Source: Protoeuglena noctilucae
Taxonomy: Eukaryota
NCBI GenBank assembly: GCA_958009085.1
Contig: OY253668.1
Coordinates: 1,550,001-1,614,000, forward strand
Direction: 5' to 3'
Length of the DNA: 64,000 nt
Below, piece after piece: positions 48,176-59,961 of the stretch. Both the position numbers and the translations under genes were made by a program. The first letter of the stretch is position 1. Each line of letters starts with the position of its first letter. Below the pieces are notes generated by a model, which made no database searches, was not told the origin of the DNA, and was given only the letters and a program-made list of their open reading frames with translations.

Positions 48176-50525
48176 TCAGATCTCGCGCAGCCGGTTGAGG
48201 GCGTCCGTCTCGCCCATGACCTCCCGGCCCTGGTATGGCTCGTGCCCCTCGATGGCTGCCGCCATCTCCTTCACCAGCTGAGCCTGCGCAGATGGAAGCG
48301 ATGACGCTCGCGACGCAGGCATCGGACGCCACCAAATCCCAAATAAGCACGGCGAACTTCACGACACCACGGGAGCAACCACAGCAGCTTGTGCCAGCCC
48401 TCTCGCAAAACAGCTTCCTGGCTGTCCAGCAGTCGCACCTCAAGGACGTGGTCCGATTTCCACGTGATGACGTGGCCCTTGGGGAGACCAGAGCCCCCCA
48501 TGGTCGCCAGCATGGACAGAGACCCGAGCACGTCCACCACCTTGTGCCGTGCCGGCTCGTCCTCGAAGAACGTCACCGACGTGTTGTTCGTCCACCGATC
48601 CTTGGCACCCACGACCATCTGGTGCTCGGAGGCGTAGCGGTAGTACCCCTCCTTACGTGCAGCCCTGCAAGCGGGTCCCACGACGAGCGTTTGAGGATGG
48701 CCACCCGCCGCCGCCTGTCGGGCGCAGGTCACCGCACAGCCCAGCCATCTCATTTGCACACACACAAGGCACTCACTTGTACACATCCATGGACGGCATG
48801 GCCGTCTTGGCAGCGGACAGCTCGAATCGGAAGTGCTCGCTTCTGTCCGCGCTCCACGAGGCCCACCGCTTGCCCACGACATTCATGCCCTCGTCCCAGT
48901 CGACCCCGCACGACACCACGCACTCGTCGCCGCCGGGCACGAAGGACGCGAAGGCGCCGTGCGCCCCAAACACGGTCACCTGCGGGGGTCGCGTCAGGGA
49001 GCGTCACTTGCTCTGCGCAAATGATGCCCCAGGCTGCAACGAGAACACGCGAGATAATGCGCGCAAGAGCGGAGCAGAAAGCCTCACCGGCTTGCGGATG
49101 ACGGGCCGCATGCGTGGCATGGTCGACCCAGCCGCGTCCTCGCACTGACGGAGCCCTGCCGTGTGGATCAGGTCCACCCACCCGAGGGCCGCGCCGTCCA
49201 GCATGGGCAGCTCCTCCGCCCCATCCACCTCGATCCGCGCGTTGTCCACGCCGCACGCCTCCAGCGCGGCCAGCAAGTGCTCAGCGCCAATCACCCGGAT
49301 GCCGCGGTACTCCAGTGTGGTGTAGTGCGGGCATGCCGCGGCGTTGGAGACGAGGGCCTTGGTCCCCGCCGGGACCGGGTTGTCGGCCGGCAGCGGCCCG
49401 GGCGTCTCGTCCTGCACAACCGGAGAGCGGCGATGGGTAAAAGACGACAAGCCTGCAACTACTCTGTCGCGGCCGTCACGAAGACGGGCTCGTCATCTGG
49501 TCATTCCACGGGTGTCTATTCATCACCACCGCTCGCTCGCCTTCTCGGTGCGGAACTTCTGGTGCAGCGCCTTGATGTTGTTCGCCAGGGCCGTCATGCC
49601 TTGCTCCATGGCATAGTCCTGGAACTCGCCCTTGTAACCCATCACCTCGACCACGTTGAGGTACTCAAAGTAAAGCTCCAGGTTGGCCCTGCGAGGCAGC
49701 CGGGAGTACAGCGCGGGGTCACGAGGCAACATGGCCAACCGTCTGCAGGGTACCTCAATTAGGGTAGTTGCAGCGCCCCTCGCCTGCCCGCTTCCCGGTC
49801 ATCCCCACTTTGCATGAGGTCCATGACGGCCTCCGTCTCCTCCGCCGAGCCATGCTCCTCCAAGATGGCTTTCAGGGCGCCGTCCGCGACGCGAACGAAG
49901 TAGCGGCCCTCGCCCGCCAGCGCCGGCATGATGCGCACCGCGCAGTAATCACCCGTGTGCATGCCAACGCCGCCCACTCCGAACCTGCGCAGTCAAGCGC
50001 AGAAGCGTCAGAGGGGGCGGCAGTGGACACAACGTCAATCTTTCATGCCCCCCTGCGGCTGCTCACCCCTTCACGACCGTCTGCTGCATCTCCCGCGGGA
50101 TGGGCAAGGAAAAGTCGATCTTCCAGTCGTTATCGCGCGCCATGTCCGCCATGGAGCGGCCGACACGCGCTACCACGGAGCAACGCGCCTGGGAAGGGCC
50201 GGCGCCCCTCCCGCTGCATCGCTGACCCGGGGCGGCTGCGGCGGCCTGCGCCCGAGCCGGAGCAGCAAGGAGCGCACGCGACGTGCCGGGCGCCGGGGAC
50301 TGCGGCCGCGGGGGGCGAGACGACAGGGTCGACGGCCGCGCGCAAGAGCCCCTCTCCCGGCGCCTTTGACCGCCATAAAGTCTTGCAGTGCATGTCAGCT
50401 GTTAGATGTGCAAGTAATTGCGCTGGATAAGGCAGCCGTTGACCGCGGCGCGGCCTCTGGCGCCCCCCCACCTGCGAACGCCCGGGTGCCCGTATGCCGC
50501 AGCCGTGCCCGAGGACTGCGGCCAT
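48176..50525 (-). CDS. lpxC: UDP-3-O-acyl-GlcNAc deacetylase (LpxC) homolog, organelle-targeted, with an internal insertion
   Basis: QQTVVKG|FGVGGVGMHTG, GAEHLLAALEACGVDNARIE...ELPMLDG, EPARHKVVDVLGSL (HKxxD), KSDH. Confidence 0.88.
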
Positions 50526-50948
50526 GGTTGGGGCCCTGGAGCGACAGATGCGGTTCGATACTTTGTATCAACCAATCGCGTCCGTCAGGCGCCAATTATA
50601 TGCTCAGCTGGGGCAGGAAGGGACACGGTGCACGAGTCAAGAAGGCCTGAGGCAGGGCGGCGCGCCAGATGTTCTCTAAGAAAGCACCGCGAGGGACGTG
50701 ATATCGCCAAAGCAGTGCCCGGCGCCGAGTGTGACGTGTGCGAGAAACGCGCCGCTGGCGGAGGGCAATTCGCGGTGGCACAATGATCCGCCCCCGGGCG
50801 GAGGTCCTCGAAGTTTTCATGCGGTCGATTACCTAGCCTGGGCGAGTTCAGCTGAGCTCATCGGGTGACCCATCGGGAGAATCGCCACGCCCGCCCTTTG
50901 AACTCATCACTGCGCGACAGGAGCGCGGGGCAGCTGGGCGGGCGAGCC

Positions 50949-53341
50949 ATGACGGAAGAGCTGCCGAGTAAGCGCTCGTCGGATGGCGCCGCCGTGTCTG
51001 GATCCAGGTGACGCGGCCCCGCTGGACCCCTGCATGGAGAGGCGGGGTTGCGCGAATCCGGTGTTCTGCTGAAAGAGGCCGTGCATCCCGCATCCATACC
51101 CCGAGCTGGCTCTTGTCCTTGCGCACCTTGCGGGATGTCCGCCAGGCCGCACGTCCGTGGAGGCCGACGCTGCTGCCGGTCTGCCCAAGCCACCCCCTGC
51201 CAAGCGATTGCGCGCAGACCGGACGCCACCAACGCCATCAAGCGCTCCAAGAAGAATCGCGTGATTGTGAAGGCGGAGGACGAGGAGAAAGTCTCGGTGG
51301 TTCCCTTCACGAAGAAAGACCAGGCGAGCGGCGTGGCGTCGCTCCGTTTTTCGGAAATGGCTGCATGGCTGAACACCCGAGGCGCGGATCGCGACGAGTG
51401 GACGAGCATTATGTCCAGCTGTCGTGTCCAAGCTGCGCTGATTCAAACGACCTGTCTGCCTCGCCGCGTCGACAGGAGTGGTCACCGCAGCGGCTAGACC
51501 CTGCGAGCATGGCGCCGGGCATGCGCATATTCGAGGACGGGACCACAGTCGCGTCCCACAAGGGATACCGCACAGTGCGTGCCATGCACGGGTGAGCCCT
51601 TTTTTGGAGGCGATCGAGGATGCCACCTTGCCCACCGGCTGCACTTCAGTGCTCCTCCTCCTTGATTGGCATCTGCAGGGCGCACGAGGGGGTGTGGTAC
51701 TTCGAGGTCGACATCCAGCACCTCGGGGAGACGGGGCGGTGCCGTGTCGGCTGGCAGCAGCGTGGCGGAGAGCTGCAAGCGCCCGTGGGGTATGACAAGG
51801 TCAGGGGCGCCTAGGCGTCGAGGAAGGAGCGCATGTGCATGAACACGTGCTGCATAGTGTCGTTGACTGCCTTGCAGCCTTCTTGCCCCTGGAGGACGTA
51901 ACGTGACGCTCTGTCCGCACCTGTGCTCGCCAGTTTGGGGTGGCTTACAACAGCGAGCAGGGTCACAAGTACCACAAGGCGTTGCGGGAGCCGTACGGCA
52001 AGGCGTACGGCGAGGGCGACGTGGTCGGGTGCCTGCTGTGCTTGCCCAAGGTGAGGGGAGGCGGACGGGACCGTAAGCCACGCACCTGTCTCATTCACGG
52101 GAGATCTCCGCCCTGTTTCCGGTCTTTTGATCGCCCCCTGCGTTCACATGGCCGTCTTCTATCTCGGTGCCATCGCCCAGGCCATTCGACTCGCACGCTC
52201 TCATTCATCCGCTGGGAGTCGATTCGCAGGGTGGGCGCGAGATGGGCCCGGAGTTGGTGCGGTACCAGGACGTGACGTACGCCGTGCAGTCGGGAGGCAA
52301 GCAGGCGCCCGCGAGAAGCCTGCTGGGGAGCTTCTGCGTGTTCACGGTCAACGGAGAGAGCGCAGGGGTGGCCTTCGTCGACCTCCTGGAGGCGAGCCTT
52401 GCAAAGCACGCTGTGCACACAGCAAAGCACATCACGCACGCTACTGCGAATATTCGGAGGACGGCGTGCGCGGTTTGCCGTGACTAGCGCAACTGACGCT
52501 CGGTGCTGTGCTCGAACGCCCCGCAGGGCACGTGGCACCCGGCGGTGTCCATTTTCACCAAGCCGCTCACGGTGACACCCGCGGAGGACGGCGCGGAGAT
52601 ACGGGACCCGCACAAGTGGGCTCTCAGGCGAGTTTCAGTCACACTCATGCAGGTGTCTCATGTCGCATGCCTCTGCATGGCGACTATTGTCTAGAAAAGC
52701 GGGCGCTGTCAGCAGAGAGTTTTGGGGGTGACAGCTCGTGTCTCTTCTGAGCGAACCGCAGCGGCGATCGGCAGTGCATGCAAAGCCAGGAGGCGCGGCT
52801 GCACGTCCGCTTCGACGCGTTCCGGTACCCTCCCCCGGCACTGGGGCCGCTCATCGGGCAGGCGGCGGAGATGGCGGCGGAGTCCCGGCGAGTTCGATCG
52901 GAGGAGCTGGCGAGGAGCAGGCGCGAGGCCAGGGAGCGGCGGGAACAGAATGGCACAGGGGCGGGGGCGGGGGCTGAGAGGTCTGGGCCTGGAGAGGCAT
53001 CCGGCGCGCAGGGCCACTTGGCAAGGCCCAGCGAGGGTGGCGACGTGTCGATGGCGGAGGGGCATGGCATGGCGAACGGCGCTGTGCCGGCGGGGGCTGG
53101 TGCACATGGCATGCCGGGCACGGGAGACGGTGGGACGGGAGGGGCGGCGGGGGATGCTGCGCCGGTGGGGGCGCTCCAGCAAGAGGATCCGATTCGATTG
53201 GAGGACCTCGGTGTGGTGGGGGAGGCCCTGGGAGAGTCGTGCGAGGTGCGGGCGTGCGCCAAGATGGCGGGGCCTGCGCCCGCCGGCCATGTGGGTGGCG
53301 AAGAGGGCGGGGCCGCGGCTGCGGGTTCGTCAAAGGAGTGA
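50949..53341 (+). CDS. ASH2L: COMPASS subunit ASH2/BRE2/TRAUCO (SPRY domain)
   Basis: [23 protein letters not shown]...RVGW...[11 protein letters not shown]...[18 protein letters not shown]...[15 protein letters not shown]. Confidence 0.92.
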
Positions 53342-53505
53342 CTACTTTAGTAAAAGCTTGTTGGTTGCAAACACTGGGGTTGAGTGCTGCATGCATTGCC
53401 GAGCGCGCGATGTTTCCACGCATTGTGAGTGCGGCAGGGTTTGAATGGTGGCCTCCAAAAGATGCGCTCTAATGGAAAGCCGCTTTCACTGGCCCACAGC
53501 GCGTC

Positions 53506-55594
53506 TCATGCTCCCGCGCCCGCGGCCCCATTCGTCCCCGCCTGCGCGCCTCCGCTCTCCCCGCCCCGCGCCCCGGGCCTGAAGTATCCCAGCGGACGCT
53601 TGCACCGCATGTTGGGCTGCATGCCCTCCACAATGGCAACCACGCTCGTCGCCTGCGGCAGTGCCTCGGCCGCTGCCGTCCCGTTCATCGCAAGGGTCGT
53701 GGAGGCAGCAGGGGCGTCCTGGCCGGTGGCAGCCCTGCTCGGGGCGTTCAAAACCACCACTCCCTCGGGGACGTCCTCCTTGGCCGTTCCCGTCCTCCGC
53801 GCCGTGCCCACTTTGCTCTGCGGCCGTGCCCCAAGTTCATTGCTTACGTGTGAGTGCACCGCGCATGGCATGGGGAGAGGCGCATGTCAAACGTGTTAGC
53901 CCTTTTGGGCTGATCTCCTCATGACATGTGGTTCTGACACGTCACGTGTTTCTGTCACCTCTGGGGCGTTGATCTCGACCTTGGTGCCGCCCAGGTTCTT
54001 GAGCCAGTACTGGATGCCGATGGTGGCGGACGTGTTGACGACGTAGTAGAGGGCCAGTCCGCTGGGCACGTTCAGCGAGAACCAGAAGAGCATGAGAGGG
54101 AGGAGCTGGGGGCGGGGAATGGGGACGGCGTTGTAAGCGAAGGGAGCTGTCATAATGCCAACGCGGGTGCCTGCATGCTTGCGAGGTCAGGCAGCGCGAG
54201 AGCGAGAGCGGGCAAGGCAGGCAAGCCACCGTCTTTGGCCTTTCTCAAGCCCCCCTGATCGTCGTACAGGCGCAGCCGTCGTGCTCACCTGTACCAGCCA
54301 CTGCGACTGCTTGGCCGACTCGTCGTTGGGGTCCACCGGGCTGAGCACTAACTGGCTCCAGTATTGCACCACGATGAGGGCGATGGGCAGGGACAGGTAC
54401 GCTGCGGCGTCCTCCCACCCAATCGGAGGGACACCGTCGACGAATGGGAAGAGCCACGCCGTGCCGGACCCCGCTCGCTGTGCGGCGAGGGACGTGGGTC
54501 CGGACAGGGACGGGATCCAGTAGAAGCCCTCTGAGAAGGGCCAAAGGGACGGGTGGGGGTTTGGCGTGAGGTCGTGCGACGGTGCGGGCGGTGCGTGGAG
54601 GGTGATGCTGTGCGTGGCCCATGCGAACGTCGCACCTGTGAGTGCGCCCTCGTCGGCGACGGTGCTGAGGGAACGGTATAGGCCCCAGAAGATTGGGAGG
54701 GTGGCCAGCGTGGGGAGGCAGCCCGCCTGCGAGGTGGGACAGACAGCGGCACGTTGTCACAGTGTGGCTGCAACAGGCAAAGATGCTCTCTTGCATGTTC
54801 CTGACAACGCAAGTCGACCGAGGCCGACTGAGGCAATGTGCTGTGCCAAGTCACCAGGGGATCGACCCCCGCCTCCTCGTAGAGAATGGCAGTCTCCTTC
54901 TGCACGCGGTCCTTGTCCTCTCCGTACCGCGCCTTGATCGCGTCGATCTGCAAGCGCGGCCGGCAGGGTGCGGGGTCACGGGTGCAGGCCCAGGGAGTGA
55001 CCGCACGATGCCCGCCTGCTGCAGCGACCCCTCGCCTGCGGCTTGAGCTCCTGCATCGCCAGCGAGGACTGAACCTGCTTGATGGTCACGGGGAGCAGCG
55101 CCACTTTGACGAGCATGGTCAGGACGATGATGGACCAGCCGTACGAGTAGGGCACGCCGAGCTGCGGGGTGGAGAGACGGGCGATGAGTCGCCCCAGGGC
55201 GTCGACGAACAACGACGGAAGCAAGGTGTCACACCAGCACGGCACTCGCCTGAATGAGCTGTCCCTGGATGAGCTTGAGCGTGCCCTCGAGCACGTCGGC
55301 AACCGGCTTGAGGACGTCGAAGTTGAAGCCCGACTGCTCCGCGTCCGCCGCGGCGTCGGCGAGAACTGCCATTCCCTGGAGCAGCGCGTCCGCGCTCAGC
55401 AGCGGGGCGACGCTCGCCGCGGCCAACGCGGGCACAGGATCGAGCAAGGCCGCGTGCTCCGGGAGCAGCGCCTGGGGCACGTGGCGCGCCCGGGGCAGTG
55501 CGTGTCGACCACGGATAACATCGCCGCCATGCCTTCCCACCGCGGACCCGGAGGTCGTCGCAGGGAGGGCCCGCGCGCACGCTGCAGCGTTCAT
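53506..55594 (-). CDS. ALB3: Chloroplast YidC/Oxa1/ALB3 membrane insertase
   Basis: LGVPYSYGWSIIVLTMLVKV...QVQSSLAMQELKPQ|IDAIKARYG...GVDPL|AGCLPTLATLP...EGFYWIPSLSGP...VPSGLALYY. Confidence 0.94.
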
Positions 55595-56178
55595 CCAGTG
55601 CGCGCGTCGAGATCGGGTCGAGACGGCGGGGAAACAGGCGCCGAGAGAAAGCTTGGATCAGGCTGATGGCGCGACAGGCGATGCAGCGCTGGATAGCTGC
55701 CCCGGCGCTGGATAGCTTTGCGTTTGCGGGATAGCACGAGGTGCGAGAGCGCAGAAGCCTCTCGTCAAGCCGCCAGTCCGCGAGGTCTCCAGGAACAACC
55801 GGCAGAAGTCGTCTACCGCAACTGAGGAATGGAGCCGGACGGGACGCACAGCTAGCCTGGCGAGCCTTTGTGTCAGAATGATCTTGTGGGCTGGCAGGGG
55901 GGAAAAGACGACGGCTCTGGAGTCGACGAGCATTCTCCATTCCATACGAGGTAGAGGTGAGCTCAGGTGAGGTGACGCGGCTGCCCATCGCGTCCCAGCC
56001 TCCGGTCATCATCGGGGGGACGAAGTGGGCGCAAAAGCCCCCTTGGCGCGCCATTCTGTCATCTCGACTTATCAATGGCACGTCTATTGTCTCGAAATGG
56101 CCATCGGATGCTCGACCCATTCAAAGACGTCCCCCACAGGTCAACGAGTGGAACACGCTTGCGGAACACGCACCAAAG

Positions 56179-57415
56179 ATGCCAGACCTCTTCGTCGTCA
56201 TCGGCGCGTCAGGCCGCACCGGGCGGCTGGCAGTCAAGGAGCTGATCCGCCGCTCCGAGTCCAGCGACGACCCACTGCACGGCTGCCGGGTGGGTCGAGG
56301 GCTGGTCGTGCTGCTCGTGCTGCTGCCTCTGGTCGTGAGCGCTGGGCAGGCCGCTCGGCGGGCCTTATGCTCGCTTTGTCCGCTCGCAGGTCCGAGCCAC
56401 GTGCCGTTCTCCGAAGGACCTCGAATTCGAGAAGCACGCGTGCCTGGAGACGATGGCGGTGGATGTGACGGACAAGGACTCGGTGCGCGCCGCGGTGCGG
56501 GGGAGCAAGGGGGTTATCTTCGCGGCGCAGGGCAGGGGCTGGTGGTCGGCGCACTCGGTGGACTACGCTGGGGCCAGGAGGGTCGCCAAGGCTTGCAAGG
56601 CGAGGGCAGAGATGGCGGGGATGGCATGATGATGGATGGCACGGACGCACCGACACCTGTTGGACCCATCATTGCGGCCCTGCGTCCATGTTCGACCCCG
56701 CAAACAGTTTTCTTGTGTGCTGCGGCTTGCAGGACGCCAATGCCCGCCTGGTGCTCATCTCCTCGGCGCTCGTCTCGTGGAAGAACTACCTGCACCCGAT
56801 TCGACTCATCACCAACACCTTCATCCGGTTCCGGGTCATGGATTGCAAGCGCATGGCTGAGGGAGCCATCAGGGACATGGGTGAGCCGCTGTCGGAGTTG
56901 GGCCACCCACTTGGGTCCTCCACTGCAGTGCCTGCGAGGCAGAGCTGGGTCATGGAATGGAAGCATGCGCATGATGGCCATTGAGGATAGGGAGCAGGCT
57001 TGCATTCATGGTAGCCACGCTTGATCGCCAGGCGTCGAGTACGTCATTGTCCGGCCGGGTGGGCTCAACAGCAAGGAGGCGGGCCACCTGCTCAACTTCT
57101 ACCAGGGCGACTCGCCGTGGCACTCGGGCGTCATGCCCCGGTCGGGTGAGACATCGATGCGCTCGCACGAGGGCCGGTTGGGGCAGGAGACTATGTGTGG
57201 GACTCTTGAACAAGTCAGGGCCTTTCACACCCTCAGACCTGGCCAAGGTGTGCGTGGAGGCGCTCGTGAACCCCAACGCAGCCAACGCGACGTTCGAGGT
57301 CTTTGCGTCGGACTCGCAAACCATGGCGCCTGAGGGGCACATCGAGCAGCAGTTCCGGCGCCTGCACCCGGACGAGGCCAACGCAGACGAGCAGGAGCAG
57401 GAGCAGGAGAGCTGA
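56179..57415 (+). CDS. NAD(P)-binding Rossmann-fold protein (atypical SDR, NAD_binding_10/TIC62-like)
   Basis: VVIGASGRTG, VDYAG, LVLISSALV, K..AEGAIR..GVEYVIVRPGGL, DLAKVCVEAL..P.A.N.TFEV. Confidence 0.88.
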
Positions 57416-57711
57416 GGCCGCGAACGGGGTGCGAGGCGCGCACGATGCCGCCTTGCTCGCTGCCCCTGCGCCTGTCTTGAGCTGACGAGGGCTGGCAGAT
57501 TGCCAGCCGCGCCAATCAATTGGGCTCTGTTGCCATGTTTCCTATTGCGCTTCGCACCGTTGCTGATTGGGGCCTCTGCGCGGGCTGCTCTCTCCTCTGT
57601 TCCCTATCGCATAGAGAATTTCCGGACATCGCGGCATCCATTCTCGTCGAGCACTCGGCTCTGCTTCAGCCTCATGCAAGCTCCACGCATGGTTTCAAGA
57701 CGGACGCCCGT

Positions 57712-59371
57712 TCACTGCGGTGCAACGCCCACTGGCTTGCTTGCCCCACTGGCCCCAGACCCCCACGCACGCAGCGCGCCCCGCATCACCGCGCAAGCCG
57801 CCAGGCGCGCTCGCAGGTCTGTGACGTCAATGTCATGGCCGCCCTCCACGAGTCCCCACTCCTCGATCTGCAATGGATGGCATCGTCGCAATCAGTACCA
57901 ACTGCAGCGACGGACACCCCATCAGGGGCACAGAGTACAAAAGGGCTACCGTGGGTCGGCAACAGCTCCCACATGCATCGTTGCCTCACCTGAGCATCCT
58001 CCTCGACCCTGGCCGCCGTCAGCGCCTCCTCGATGCCCACGTTGCCCTCCCACAAGTTGTGGGCAAGGACGAAGCTCTGCGGCCATCCCAAAAGGCAGAA
58101 GTCAGCACAACCATCTTGCTAAAGCTCTCAAGTTCTCCAACACCGTACCAAACGGGTGGGACAGCCCCCACGATTGGTCATCAGTGACGATGCATCGTAC
58201 CGGGCGAGCCGCACAGCGCCACTCGCCTTGGTGGCCCGCGCGGCCTCCTCAAAGACGGTCAGCTCCGCGTCCGACAGGGCTGCCAGAAACTCCACGGAGC
58301 GCCGCACGTACCCCACCGTGTGGTCAACGCCCGTGATGGCGTCGCTCACGCTCGGCCTCGCTCCTAGCCGAGACGCCGTGAAGGCCACCAGCGGGTCGTG
58401 CAGCGCGTCCTGGCGGGACCTGCGGCGCTCAGCACGTCTCAGTGAACGACTGCTGGCTCGCTTGTCTGCACTGGCGTGCAGCGCTGCACAGACTGCAGCG
58501 CTCTGTCCTACCTGATGGCAGGGCTCTGATGCCGGTGGCAGACGACGTCCGTGGGCAGGTGGCGGATGAGGTTTTCCAGCACGTCAGGCCGGTTGCGCGA
58601 GGTGAGGTCCAGAGCTGTGACGGCCTGCAGGCAAGTCACGAGCGGTCGTCGCTGCTTGGTAACGGACACGGACGAGCCGGCCCCGCAGCGTCGTCCCTCC
58701 TGACACACTGCCTCACCATGGAGAAGAGCGGCATGGTGAAGGGTCGCACGTGCTTTTTGTCCTGATACTCCCACTGCGAAAGGATCAGACGGAAAGTCGA
58801 CTGAGTTCCCCACCGTGCATGGGCCTGCAGACGGCCGAGACATCCGAGAAAGCCCTGCCAGAGCATGCGTCCGCTTCACACGCCCCCATCACCTCCGCGG
58901 CGACGGCCAGGGCGAGGCCGTGGGGAAGGAGGAGCTTGTTGCGGGCCGGCGTGCGCAGCACGCGGCCGTCCAGAGTGACGTGGAAGAGCCCAGAAGCCCC
59001 GGCCTTGATGCCGGCTCGCTGGTAGAAGCGCTTACGCAGCCCGTCCCCGCCCGTCGGAGCCGCCATCATGCCGCCGTCGGCCGTCGTGGCACTCGCAGAG
59101 GCCTCCTGCGTGCGTAGGGCGCCGCGGCCCATCAACGCCTCGTGCAGACCATGCCAGCCAGCAGCGACGCAGCGTTCCTACGAAGCGGGGGGTTGAGGCG
59201 GGCGAGATCCCGCACCCGTCGTTGCTGGGCTGGGGTGTCGTTCGTTGGCATCAAGCTGGCTCCAGATCCCGCGCTCCCCGCGCTTCCCGCCCGGAAGGTG
59301 GCCAACTGGATCGTTGCTGCCTCATGCGCAGCACGCAGCGCCGGCAGAGCGCGCCTGGCCTGTCGGCTCAT
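57712..59371 (-). CDS. ATP12: Mitochondrial F1-ATPase assembly factor ATP12/ATPAF2
   Basis: KRFY...VTLDGRVLRTP...LALAVAAE|WEYQ...RPFTMPL...AARVEEDAQ|IEEWGLVEGGHDID. First-intron boundaries uncertain. Confidence 0.93.
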
Positions 59372-59456
59372 GCTCCCGCAATGGGGGGCACCTGCGAGGG
59401 CAGCGATGCTGATCAACAGCGACGTCGGGCGAGTCGCTTCGCCTCGCAAGTGCTTG

Positions 59457-59561
59457 TCCTCCCTCAGATTGAAAACTATAAGGCAGTCAGCAAGGGCCAA
59501 CTAGAGCCCTTGGGCAAGCCAGCCTGCGTTATGCTATCCGTTCGCCTCATCATCGAGAGGA
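59457..59561 (-). ncRNA. Box C/D sno/scaRNA (~105 nt); putative guide for 2'-O-methylation of the U4 snRNA A65-equivalent
   Basis: TCCTCTC-G-ATGATGA (box C, 59553-59547) ... ATAGTTTTCAAT-CTGA (box D, 59467-59464)-GGGAGGA. The 7-bp terminal stem is in K-turn register. The guide is antisense to the conserved U4 segment AUUGAAAACU. Confidence 0.82.
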
Positions 59562-59961
59562 GATGCCGCAGCCGCAGCGGCAGCTGCTGCGATGGCATGA
59601 TTGACCTTCGCGACGCAGCAACCGGCCTTGCCTGCGCGAGGATCGCCTCCCACCGCCTCTGAGACACGATCGAACCCACGACGGAGCAATTTTGGAGAAG
59701 CAGACTAGATGCCTTGGTCGCCCGACTCAACACGATGGCGACGAGTGGATGAGAATCGCTCGTTCAAGTTCGTTCTCTTCCAACGGGCATGGGCGCGCCA
59801 GAGCAAGCCGGAACACATCACGTGGACATCGAAATGAATGTTACTCAGGACCAAGCACGTACAATTGGAAGCGTGGTCTATCTCCGCTATCCTCACTCAC
59901 AAGTTACCCAGCCGGAACGGGCCAGGCCCGTCGCTGGTGCGGCCCGACCTGGGCTCCCTGC

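Noticed and set aside
50845..50915. Minus-strand GTGATGA...CTGA between LpxC and ASH2
   Set aside because: No K-turn-register stem and no recognisable guide; better explained as a GAGTTCA/TGAACTC inverted repeat in a promoter region.
55960..56015. Minus-strand ATGATGA...CTGA upstream of ALB3
   Set aside because: No terminal stem and no target.
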